Positions 10,871-22,215 of a stretch of DNA of 64,000 nt are shown here, in pieces. The position numbers and the translations under genes were made by a program. Source of the stretch: Schizochytrium sp. TIO01. Taxonomy: Eukaryota; Protista; Bigyra: Labyrinthulomycetes. Where the stretch lies: contig SMSO01000031.1 of the NCBI GenBank assembly GCA_004764695.1, forward strand, positions 7,918,761 through 7,982,760. The letters run 5' to 3'. The notes under the pieces are model-generated. The model was not told the DNA's origin. It saw only the letters and a list, made by a program, of their open reading frames with translations, and made no database searches. How positions within the stretch are numbered: the stretch's first letter is position 1; the number at the start of each line of letters is the position of its first letter.

Positions 10871-13398
10871 TTAACAGCTTGTCGCTGATGTAGGCCGTTG
10901 TTTTCCAGCAGTGCGCATGAATAGTTCCCGAGTCCAGCGAAGCTGTGGGGGGGAGTTATCTTGGTTCCACTTCTTTGCGCAGTCCCAATTGCAAAATTGA
11001 CCAATTCCGTCCTGGTGAAATCGTCCGTAGTCTTTAGGAATGGAGACCCATGCGTTGGATTTTTTCAGAAGTCTCCGCTGACAATTGTCGCACTTAAATT
11101 GAGACTTACGGTCTACGAATTGTCGTTTCTTTCCAGTTCCCTTTTTGTGTTGTTTCCTATGGTTCTGTTCGGTTGCATTTGAATGGACAGTTTGTCGTGC
11201 TTGCTTCCCTATGCCATTTTCTGCTGCTAGAGGCACCATGCTCTCGTCTCCTCCGTCAAAGTCTTGAAGCTCTGCGACATCATCAGCATGCAATGATGCC
11301 GTAAGACTCGTTACCGAAGAAAGAGTAGCTTCGTATTTTCTTTCAGAAGCTGTCGAAGTATACATTCCAGATAATGCTCCTGCAGAAGCCGTGGTTTTCA
11401 GCCTGTTTTGCTTAGCTCGTGCAAGTGTTTGCTTAGCTAGACTGTGCGCAAGACCAGCACTGCGATGAGCTGTTTGAAAACACGTCCATACCTTTTGCTC
11501 TTCACTCCGCCATGAACTCATAAGACGCTGCCGTTGTAGCTCCCTTTTGTCCCTTAAAATATTCAGCGTTCGGTTTTGCGTAACCTGCAAATTTGTTACT
11601 GCAGTTTCAATATTCTGGAGGCAAGTTTGCAACGCACGTTCACGCTCTTGTGCAGCTCGCTGCTCGATTTTTTCTTGCAAGTACACTGCCTGCGTATATT
11701 CCTGGGCCTTGACAAGACTTAGTTCGCGCATTTTCATGTCCATGATTGTAGCGGAGAATTGTAATGGCTTATTCCTAAATGCTTCGAACAGGTTTACTTG
11801 TAAGAGACGTTGAGCAGTAATCTGTTCTTTCTTGAGATTTTTTATTTGCCTTTGCGTTTCCTCATTAAACGCTGTTATTTTTGCATCCCACTTTCGCTGG
11901 AGAGCATTGAGGCAATCGCGTTCCTGTCGACTTAAGGCTTTTAAAATTTTGTTATGCTTTTCGACTGCTTCCTTTTCGTGAGCCGCAGTAAGCTCGCCAT
12001 CCAAGCTGTGCATTTTCGCTAAGACCTTTGCTGCATCCTGATATTCTCGTTCCTGACTGAGTAATTCAAGCTTACGGTTTAGTTTCTCCATACGCCTTGC
12101 TTTAGCAAATGTTGCAGTGCTTGGACGCATCAAAGATTCTAATTCTATACTTGGTTGTTTCAAACGGAACGGGCTTTGAGAAATCGGATCCGCAAGCAGC
12201 TCTAGTGATGGACGTGATTTGTAATCAGAACTTATTGACTCTTGCATATCGCCTGCGTTAATACCATTCTCTTTCTTGGGAATGCCGATCCCATCAGTCA
12301 ACTCTTCTGATGTAAGTTCAACTGGTGATATGGCAATGTCTTTCTGGGAGGGACCTTCTGGTGCAGTTTGGCTCTTGTCAATTGTTGATTCAATATGAAG
12401 GCCTTCTTGCTCTGAACTGATAACTCGGGATTTCTCTGATTCACCTCGCTTAGCTTCTTCCTCCGTTGATGAATCCTCGTAGTCATTTGCTTCTTTATCC
12501 AAGCGCAACGCGGCTTGTCTAATAATATTATCAACTTCGTTGTCAGGTTTCAAGACAATTTTCTCTTTGGTTGAAGGTTGTTCTTTAAATGAAGGTGGAG
12601 GGGTCAGAGTTGGAGGCAGTTGTATCAAGTTCTTATCGCTCTGGATTTGCTGGTCTTTATCTTCTTGAATTGCACCAGTCTCATTTTCAGCGTTCTCCTC
12701 TTTATTGCCTCGCGCAGTGGTAACTGTACTTGGACTTAATTTAAAAAGATCGTCGACATCTCCGTCAATATCGTCAATACCACGTGCTGTTGTGACTGCG
12801 CTTGGGGACCCTCCGAATAGGTCATCAACATTTCCCTCAACTTCATCGATCCCTTCGCACAGAGCCGCGAAGCAGTCTTCGTTGTCCTCATTCCCTTCAT
12901 CGTTTTCAGCATCGATTCCCATGATCTCAGAAGCTACTTCTCTTCCTGCTGCCTCGCCTGGAGCTTTGGTGAAATCTTTGCCTATGTCCAAATCAGAGCA
13001 GAAAGCCACTCTACCTTGAAAAGTTCGAGAACTACAGTAATGAACTCTTCGGCAGGTAAGCCTCCACCACGGTATGTGTGTTGCAACCAACTTTACCTCC
13101 CAACCGGCATGAAGATCAGAGCCAACTAGCCTGCAAAGTAGACAAGTAGTCTCGATATTATATAAAACTTGGCAAAGGTTCGCTCACAGGCAACTCACAC
13201 TACTAGATGTTCGCATTCATTCACGTGCTATTTATGTATCCAAAGTACTCACTAATGCTCTTTCCCAATTCATGTCTTATACAACTACTACTGACCATAG
13301 AAAGCATCTCGACTTTGCTCAAGTGGGGTTCCAAAGGTGTGCACCACTCACCTCCGCGCTGCGAAAGATGTCCCCGCGAACGTTCCTGAGGACCCCAT
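10871..13398 (-). CDS. Hypothetical coiled-coil protein with C-terminal CxxC...FCxxxC zinc finger (probable exons 13398-13352, 13130-10871)
   Basis: 739+ aa open frame with an acidic N-half, a long heptad region and CDNC-x~27-FCNWDC. The listed start is non-ATG. A phase-2 intron 13351-13131 (GTGAGT...TTTGCAG) links an upstream ATG exon (MGSSGTFAG...) in frame; this first exon is inferred. Confidence 0.7.
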
Positions 13399-13714
13399 GA
13401 ACGTAGCGACGCGACTGAGCGTAACGGGCAAACGTTGAGTCCTAAGGATGAGTAAAAGAGAGAAGTTGACAGCGATGAGTGCGTATAATAGTAATACCTT
13501 TTTTTCGAAGTTAAGGACAATCAGCTGATTATTAGAAGTTAAAGAAAGGAAGAGATGGGCTCGCGAGAACCTGCCTGGTATATAAGAACATAAAGTTGGG
13601 CTACGTCTCAGATCGCCAGGCTTTGGAACGGAAGGGCTGGTTTGGGAAATCCTTCAAGCCATAACTTTTGGGGCAAAGCACCACGGGGCTGGGCTTAATC
13701 AAATCTGATTCACG

Positions 13715-16700
13715 ATGAGCGAGTCTGTCCAGGAGAGACTTGCAAGGCTACGCGCGAAAGCAGAAGAAAAGCGAAAGCGCTCAGGCATTGATATTGAAGC
13801 CTCGGGACGGAGACGGAGCAGCGTAAGCTCGAGCTCCAGCGCGAATAGAGAAAATGAAAATGGTGAGGACGACACTACCGCTTCGTTCAAGAGTACGTTA
13901 ACCTACAACTATTATGCGTCAGAAAGCGAAAGTAAAGCTACAGCGTTGTGGTGCCGTCAGTATAGCCAGAGCACGTGCGACGCTTTTTGCACAATCATCC
14001 GATGAACTAACCAGGATACTTCTCAACTAATTTCGATTCTTTACAGAATCCATGACTGCAGCTGAAAGGCTTGCAGCTCTTCGTGAAAAGAAAAAGCAGT
14101 TTGCTCTAGCAACATCGCCCACCGGGCGTCTTGATGGTTCGACTCGGACAGGCGAAGAAAACCGAAACCGCAAAGAAAAAGAAGTAGATGAAAATCCAAG
14201 CGACCAGTCAGATGATGAGGGCGTGTCATCGGAGGAAAGTGATATTGATGAAGATGGAAACATTATTTTTGACGATGCTTCTAAAATTAAACCTAACGAC
14301 TTTGTCTTTGATCAACGCGGTATTGTATTTCGTAAAGTTCAGACTCCTCACCAACAGCTGGGAAGTATCGCGCCTCCGGCAGCTTCAATAGTGCGAAGTG
14401 TAGAGCCTCATATTGTGCAGCCATCAGCCTTGCATTCATTATATGAGAACACAAAGAGACGTCAACAAGCATTGCAAAATCAACTCGTCTTACGTGGCAC
14501 GTTACCCCTTGCAGCGAAGGAGTATAACCCAGAGGAAGCCTATCGTTTGCATCAGCTGTCTCTTGGTGCAGAAAATAAAGAGGATAATGATCAGGATGAA
14601 AGTGCAAATCTATTGGCCAAAAGCGATCGAGATGGACAAGCATTGTTGCAGGACGAAGGATTTTTTATGCCTGAGGTGCCGAACGGTGTCCCACGCCAAA
14701 ACATTGCTCGTTTGGAAGATCGATTATTGCGAGAAATGGAGACAGAAGTCATACGCATTCGTGGTGTCAAGCCAAACCAACAAAATGAACCAAACCAGTC
14801 TACTGCAGACAGCTGGTTCACTCAGGGTGGATCACTCAATGTCGAGGAGGACCCAAGTAACGCAAATATTACTCAACCTGTTGATGCCGACCCTATTCTA
14901 GCTGACAAATTCTCCTTTAGATTGGTGCGCAACACATTTGGTTCCCCCTTCAGAAAATGCGTGCACATCGGCGAACGCAAACGGTGTTGCAAGTGCAGGT
15001 TTAGACATTTCAATTCATTCCATTGCATTTGACGACCATCCTCTTTTTATTGAGGAAGATGTGGCAGCTACCAAACTCAGAGGCTTGTTTCGAAAGTACC
15101 AAACAAAAGTCCAGGACAACTTGTTAGATTATTTGACCTCTCATCTGGGCGCTTTGCTCGAGTACGAGTCTCAGCTGAGCCACAATAAATCAAACTCTGA
15201 TGCTTTGTTTGATGTGAGAAGGCAGATTCTTGACATGTTCTCACGTCGACTCTCTGAAGAGCTAGAACTCCGAGAGTTGACGAGAGAGACTTACGAACAG
15301 TGGTTGGATTTAAAAAACACCCGAACCCGGCAAGGATTCTGCAGCACAAATCTAAAACTTGTCGCTATGCATCAAGAACCTTCACACTCCTCTCGTCAAG
15401 TGGATCTTCAATTCAAACAAGTATCTGAGCTGGTGAAACATTGTTTGGATGGGCGTCTTGAGGGCAATGCTCTACAAAAAGCAGAAGATCTCATGAATCG
15501 TTATAAGCTTTCACGACCTACAAAAGGACTTAAAAAATCAGGCAAGCAGAAACGCAAAAGCTCCCGACATAGCAGTATTGACAAAAGCGATGACAATTTA
15601 GACGAAGATGGACTAATTGATAGTGGACATATCGTTCTACGACTTACTACGGACGGGCCATATGATAAAGATGAAGAAGTAGAAGCTAAGGAGCTGAAAC
15701 GGAGACGATCTATTCGAAATGAAAAAATTCGAATTATCACCTATGTAAATGGCCACTCGGTTGCACAGACGGCAGAAGCATCGTTAAATTTCCCTACGTT
15801 TACAGCAACTTGGAATAGAGTATTCTGTCTCAAGCTACAACAACGCCCGTCAGGACTTCGATTCGAAGTATGTTCAACAGGAGGTATTTTCCATTACAAA
15901 AAGACTCTTGCACATGTTCACGTACCAGTTCCAGCGTCAGAGTTTTCGGCAAATGTCTTAGCTCACGGTGTTGGTACTGAAGATCAATGGCATCAGTTTT
16001 CTGCGCGCAAACCAATTCGCCACTGGATGTGGGACCGTTCCCATCCCAAATCAAAGAAGACCCTTCGTGAGCTCTACTCGGAACAGCTTCGAAATGATGA
16101 GCATCTAATGACATCACCAGCCCCGGAAGATCGATTTACCTCCGGCCAACTCCGTGTTGCAGTTGCTTGGAACACTCGTGATGCAGAGGAGTTGAGTAGT
16201 GGTCAGAACTATGCAGAAATCGAGAACAATGGGTCATCATCCGGAACTTTAGTTGGCCTACCTGAATGGGCTCAATCTCGGGAAGAGAAAAATGAACGTT
16301 TTCTTGGTGACCATGCCGCCGATTTAGCTGGCGGAGATATGGCAGGGGGAGGAGGCGGCGTATCAGGTGATGCTGTTGAGTTTGATGACGCAATTCCTGA
16401 CTTTGCAAATGAAGTGGACTTTCAAAAGCTGATCCAAGAGCTGAAGGGCCTGGATCCTAATGATCCTCGCAATGCGTCTGTTCTTCGCCTTTTTGACATT
16501 ATTCGTTGGTCTTCAAAACGTGGCGTTTTGTTTCGCTCAGAGGCAGTTCTCCGTGATGCTCTATTTTCTACTGCGAATGCGAATAAGTTTGTGGAGACTA
16601 GGCGGGTTGCTTTGATGCGCATTCGCCGGGAAAAACCTCATTTATTTCATCATCCTATTCCAGTCACTGAAGAGGAGATTAAGGAAGAAGAGGCCCTGCA

Positions 16701-18943
16701 AATGCTTCTTTTGCCTGCAGAAGCCCAGATGGAACTTGACCAGGATGGAGACTATGCAGCTTCGGGCCATTCGTCATCTGAGGTCTTGCGAATCCAACGT
16801 TTGCAGAAGGCTAGAATCAATGATTTCCTGCAACGTATTCGCAGTCTACAGTCCTCAAATGTAAACGTGCAGCGTCGCAGGGATATTCCACTAGGAAGCG
16901 TAGTGAAAGAAGGCCCTTTGCCACAATTTAGTGTAAATATGGATATGTTTCGAGCTCTCTTCGAGCCCCGACGCAGGTTGCGGCCTGCTCCAAAGGTTCG
17001 TAAGCCTGCATCTCTTAGCGTAGAAAAGGCTGCCATCTTTGTTCAAGTTGTCCGAGCTCAAAACGTGCCAGTTCGGAGGCAGGGATCCCAAAATGTCTAC
17101 CCTTTATCTCCAGGCCGATCCCCCATGCAGGGTACAGGTGCTAAGCGTCTTTCTCCAAGACGAAGCCCGCGAGGACGCAGCGCAACGCAAGACGCAAGCG
17201 AGGATCGCGAGGATGACGACCTTGATGGTCCCTCTAGTGGCTCAGAACGCGTCATGTCATTTGTTCAAGTCCGGTTCCAAGGTGTTTCACGTCGTAGCTC
17301 AGCTCAAGAAGGGCCTTCGCCTACATGGAACGAGTCAATTTTTCTGCCATTTATTCCACCAAGAAAGGATTTTAGCCCTGCAAATCTACAGAGCATTGGA
17401 GATCAAGTACATTTCAATCTGTTCGACGAGGTCATTGTTGAAACGCAAGGTGAAGATTATCGCAACGAGGATGCTATGTTTCAGCGAAGAGAGCGGAGAT
17501 ACTTGGGTAGCTTCTCTATTCCATTCTCTACAATTTACCGCAATGGACGTATTGAGGGCATGTTTCGAGTAGAGACACCAGACGTAAACCTGGGCTACTT
17601 GCAGCGTACGAGGGGCGTCTCGGGAACTGAAAGCGGAGTACTGAAGTCTCCTGATGATCTTGAGAATATGCGAGCTGATATGAACAACATCTCTGAGATT
17701 GCAGAGCAGGCTAAAGACGAAGCCGCAGATGCTACATATGTGTACCTTATGGCTACTCTCGACCCTGTGTTAGCAACAGCAAAGGAGGAGAAGGGTACTC
17801 TTCCCGGGTCTGGCGAAGACCCTAAAGTTGTGCGCTACGCCAAACAATGGGTTGAACAGGTCAAGCGTAAGGCAACGCGCAAGGCCAAGGTCAATACTCA
17901 GGTTTTTGGAGTGGGTATTGATGGGGATGCTATATTTGCTCCTCGTTTTATAGCACCTCAAATACCCCCGGGAGGTCAAGATGGTACCGAGTTACAGAAT
18001 GTTGCTGCACTTGTTCGATTTGTCTCTTTGGTACCTTTTCTTGATGATTGGCAAGCCTTTGTGGAGGGCGGTGATGATGTGTGGAGTACGTCTCAACAAT
18101 TTCTTGACATTGCAGCAGGTGATTGGGAGGAGCACGCAATTTTACTATGCAATTACCTTTCGTGGCTTTTTCGAGACCGTCCCTCTGTAGAACCATATAT
18201 CATCATGGGCGATGGTATTCCTGAGGGAGCGACGGTTTATGTGTTGCTTGTGGACCACAGCTCAACCTCTCGTCTCCTCTTTAATGCGTCTACTGGCCGT
18301 ACCTACAACATCAATGATAGCAACTGTCCATTACGAGAAGTCAGTCTGGTGATGAATGATCGCAACATCTGGGCAAATATTCAAGAAAATGGTGCCCCTT
18401 GGAAAGTGCGGTGGAATTTTGAGAATACTAAAGATTGGACTCCTTTCTGGACGTCTCGTATTCCTCGTATTGAGCTTTCTTCAGTGCAAACAGAGGTGCT
18501 TAATTACGATCGTTTTCATCGCCGTTTTGTATCATATTTGGAGGGGGAGATTTCGGATCAAATTCAAAAGTCAATGCGGCGTTGGCGAGCCAAGCGAGGT
18601 ACCACGCGGTTTAACAAGATTGTAGGGCGAAAGCTTCGTTCCTTGTTAGAGTCACTTGAGGAACAGCGACTCATGGGTTTTCCAGGTGGCGTGGGTGCTG
18701 TCATTCCATTCCCATCTTGAAGCCTTGCGGGAAACCATGGCAAACAACGATGTCTTTGGTTTTCCTTTGAATATGACATTTACAGAAATGGATGCCATCT
18801 TACGGACTGTGAAGAACACAGATATTCACAACACTACCTTGGATAATACAACATTTGCGCTAGGTGTGTTGGTCGTTCCCTACACAAGCAAAATATTCTC
18901 GGTATGGATCTATCTAGCCACTGTTGTTAGCACTCGATTTTGA
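13715..18943 (+). CDS. CC2D2A: Coiled-coil and C2 domain protein 2A (MKS6), ciliary transition zone; one clear intron and two +1 frame breaks
   Basis: Exon 13715-13892 and intron 13893-14046 (GTACGT...TTACAG) join ORF 14052. Motifs: DEGFF..., RLEDRLL, LDISIHSIAFDDHPLF, LDPNDPRN, LFEPRRRLRP, a C2 domain (VQVVRAQNVP...GPSPTWNE), RFVSLVPF, GDWEEHAILLCNY, and a C-terminal GFPLNM...FALGVLVVPY...SVWIYL in ORF 18656-18943. The frame changes near 14900-14950 and 18690-18720. Confidence 0.92.
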
Positions 18944-19137
18944 ACTCATTCACATATGTTTTAATTTTACCCTACCTTCCTTGAAAAATATTAATTACTC
19001 GACAGAATATCTTGCAAGGCTTGTTTCTTCACAGAATGTGCACCAGAATATTACGATGCAGCATAGCTCTCTATATGGTGGTGTGGGGCAGGTCATCTAA
19101 ATCTTTACGTTGCTTTGTTTATGTTTCTTACATTTTC

Positions 19138-21285
19138 TTAAATAGCCAAACAGAGGTTTATTTTCTGTTCCTTGAGAAGGCGTAATGGGTTTTCTATCAC
19201 AGCAATGCGCACACGATACGGGTCGCCTGCATTAAATACACGATAAATATCATAATTGACGTGAGCCCCTCCTTGCCCAGTGAAAAAATCCCATTCGTTC
19301 ATGGATATTTCAAACGCATTCTTGTTGCCGTAGCGGGTGGATTTAACTTCTACAAACCGCGTAGTACTATAAGCATTGGAGTCGCGCTCAGTTAAAATAA
19401 TATCATAACTCGCCAGAGACTCTTTCTCCTCATTCATCCACCTAATTTTCCACTTGGAGGACTGAGATTGCAGATACCTGTATACGAGGCCCTCACCCCA
19501 GCGTCCAATTTGTCTTGCAACACGAGAATCAAGTGCTGCGGTGCTTGGGAGCAGCCCTGCTAGCTCAGCTGTTTCAATCCAACGAATGTACTGGTCGTTG
19601 CGGAGGTGTGGCATTGCAAGTTCTACACGTTGTCGTTTGGGTGGGCGCATGGCAACCGTGCTTGAAGACTTTGGCGTGCAGTCGTCTGCATTTTTATGAT
19701 TTTCATCTGTCAGAATATCCATTTTCATAGAATCTTCATTTTTAGGCGATGAGATGTCTGAATGCATACCTGCAGATAATTCATTGCATTCCTCGTTTCC
19801 TTCTTTATCCTGATCCTTTTCATGTTGTCTTTTACTATTCTTTGGGACAAAGTTTCTGCCCCCGTTGTTGTTTTTGTTATCGCCATGGTCTTCTTCTCCA
19901 TCGCTCTCATCACTGCTGCTGCTACTACTACTTTCCTCATCGCTGCTACTATCATCGCTATCCTCACTGCTACTGTCGCTGGCACTACTACTATTCTTGT
20001 TGTCGGCATCTTTGTCTCCGTTGGACGCGTTCTTCGCAAGAGGTGTGTCTTCGTTTGTCTGCTCTTCGTCATCCGCAGTACCGTCCTGTTCTTGGTCATA
20101 CTGCTCAAATCTTTTGGCTCGGTCACGGGAGGAACCAACATGAAGAAAAGCATACTCGGTAACGATTTTGAGTGTATCTGCAGGGGAAAGCTTTATTTTT
20201 TTTTCGATAAGGTTTTGAAGCTTAGTGAAGGATGGTGAATATCGCATATCCTCCGCCTCCATGGCTGCGTCAAGTTTACCAAGGAATTTTTTAGCTTCTG
20301 CGTTACCACCAGGCTTTTTCAGTTTGGGTACTTTGCCGAATGTCCTTTGAGGTGTTGATGTCACTATTTGTACATTGTGTTGCTGTTGTTGCCGGCGTAT
20401 TTGTTCTTGATAGCGTGGGTCTCTGGCAATCTCCACCACGGCTTGGTCTATCCAATCCTTCGCCGCAGCACGCAGATGGCTCCTAACGTATTGAAGTCCA
20501 GTGGTATTGAGCAACACACCTGCCTCTGTCACAAGATCCCATTTCACTCGAAGGTGTTTTTTTAGATGCTCCGGAAATTCCTCTAAAGTACCTTCAAAGG
20601 CGCTCAGTTCCGCGAGTACCACATCCTGCTTGACAGACTTGTGGGGACGTACGGGAAACCTTGCCCGAGTCATTGGATGCATCCACAAAGGACCAATGCC
20701 AAAGTCATCAAACTTTGTTGGCCTTTTCAAGGCACGGTCATCGTCCTCCACATCTTCAACCTCTTCGTCAATGTCCACCTCATTTGGATCTACACCCATC
20801 CTAGGGTTGCTTGAGGATGACATCGACGCTTGGATTGAGTCAATAGTGCTACCATTGTGGTTATAGTTTCTATACCCATTGCGATTGCATCCTTGATTGT
20901 TGAAGTTTTGTTGATTGCCATAATTACTATGAAGTTGAGGACCGTTGTTTGTATGATGAAATCCGTTCAAGCTCTGGGCAACGCCCATGGCATTTTGCCA
21001 TGCTTCTTGCAACGTAGGTACTACGTCTACGTTAAGAGATCGAACGATCTCGTCCTCAAGATCTGCAAGGCATGCCACCGGTCTCTCTGCCACGAATGCC
21101 CAAACCACCGCATCCATACGTCTCTGAATATCACATAAATAGTTCAAGCACGGGTTTCCAGCACCTGCGAGACCATCGTGTGCAGCGTAGACCCCCCCCA
21201 ATGCGACAATTACGTCATCTGCGCTCACGAAGCGGCCCTGATGTGCTAGAGAAGCAGCCGTAGCGAAAGCTCTCTCGGCGGCCAT
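19138..21285 (-). CDS. Compact NO VEIN-like protein with C-terminal DUF3883 (PD-(D/E)XK-like) domain
   Basis: The C-terminus GRWGEGLVYRYL...WMNEEKES...YDI...FVEVKST...FEISMNEW...YDIYRVFNAG matches the NOV C-terminal domain. The N-terminal AFVAERPVACLADLE...FDDFGIGPLWMHP resembles the NOV N-terminal motif. The centre is an acidic/Ser low-complexity region. Confidence 0.8.
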   Translation of the reverse strand: MAAERAFATAASLAHQGRFVSADDVIVALGGVYAAHDGLAGAGNPCLNYLCDIQRRMDAVVWAFVAERPVACLADLEDEIVRSLNVDVVPTLQEAWQNAMGVAQSLNGFHHTNNGPQLHSNYGNQQNFNNQGCNRNGYRNYNHNGSTIDSIQASMSSSSNPRMGVDPNEVDIDEEVEDVEDDDRALKRPTKFDDFGIGPLWMHPMTRARFPVRPHKSVKQDVVLAELSAFEGTLEEFPEHLKKHLRVKWDLVTEAGVLLNTTGLQYVRSHLRAAAKDWIDQAVVEIARDPRYQEQIRRQQQQHNVQIVTSTPQRTFGKVPKLKKPGGNAEAKKFLGKLDAAMEAEDMRYSPSFTKLQNLIEKKIKLSPADTLKIVTEYAFLHVGSSRDRAKRFEQYDQEQDGTADDEEQTNEDTPLAKNASNGDKDADNKNSSSASDSSSEDSDDSSSDEESSSSSSSDESDGEEDHGDNKNNNGGRNFVPKNSKRQHEKDQDKEGNEECNELSAGMHSDISSPKNEDSMKMDILTDENHKNADDCTPKSSSTVAMRPPKRQRVELAMPHLRNDQYIRWIETAELAGLLPSTAALDSRVARQIGRWGEGLVYRYLQSQSSKWKIRWMNEEKESLASYDIILTERDSNAYSTTRFVEVKSTRYGNKNAFEISMNEWDFFTGQGGAHVNYDIYRVFNAGDPYRVRIAVIENPLRLLKEQKINLCLAI

Positions 21286-22215
21286 GGCGATGCTCCAGCT
21301 CCGTTCTCTATGAATGGATTAGACACAGCACGGGCTCATGAAATCGCCAAAGCACCTACCAATATATCGCAGACGATTCCAGGCGATTGCTAATCGAAGC
21401 ACAGACCTGCTCTGGGTCTTGAAGCTCCACCAAGGTTACAGTATTGTTGCTGATGTGCAAGGCAGGGTTGAGAGTGCTTGGAATTGGACAACTCGTGTTT
21501 ACTGCCAATAGTTTAATTCGAAGTCAGTCATTCTCAAGTTTTTTTTCAGCTGATTGTCAAAGAAGTACACAGCAAACCGCGACCAAGGTCGTCAAGAAAA
21601 TGTTACTTTGGGTTAGCTATGAGTTTGCGAGGGGTTCCGTCAGTCTCTGCGACAATAGCGTTTGCTTGTCTTCAAGGCATGAAGCCAATTCTTCGCCCAG
21701 TTCTTCATCTGCAGATGAAAAACTAATCCGTGGCAATCTTATGAGATTAGCATAGGTAGCAATAGGGCTGTCGTCGCCAAGAGCCACCAATGATTTCTTT
21801 ATCATTAGGCCTCCTTTCATTCAGTTCGTTCGTCCTTCACTCATCAGCTTTTCATTGAATTTCCTCAGGACTCCAGATACGCCTCGGCTGACAGGGCTTT
21901 GGTCTCACTCTGCCATCTTAATCTGCATTTCGACGACTGCTCAGATTTGTGTACAATTCTCATGAATCATTCATTCATTCACTTCGCAATTGCAAAATTT
22001 CCATTTTTATTGGTCTTCTCATTTTTAATTAAACTGACAAGCCGCAGAAGTAGTAGTTTCTGAGTCCTCCATTTCTACATCGCTCACCGGGTGTCCTTCT
22101 CCGAGGATCTTCGCATCTGCGCTGGTCGGGCGCTGGTCCGAGCTCGGTCTTCTCTCTAGGCCGTTCTCGTGCCGCACCTTATTGTCTTGGATTTACACGC
22201 CTTCAAAGATCCGCC

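Noticed and set aside
14925-14953. 29-nt GT...CAG mini-intron to fix the first CC2D2A break
   Set aside because: Its length is 3n+2, so it does not restore the frame.
18675-18681. G GGT TTT slippery heptamer near the CC2D2A frame break
   Set aside because: Such heptamers drive -1 shifts, whereas the required shift here is +1.
19515-21263. Numerous antisense and alternate-frame ORFs inside large genes (also within PNPase, TRAPPC8 and the F-box gene)
   Set aside because: These are shadow ORFs from codon bias and trinucleotide repeats, with no independent motifs.
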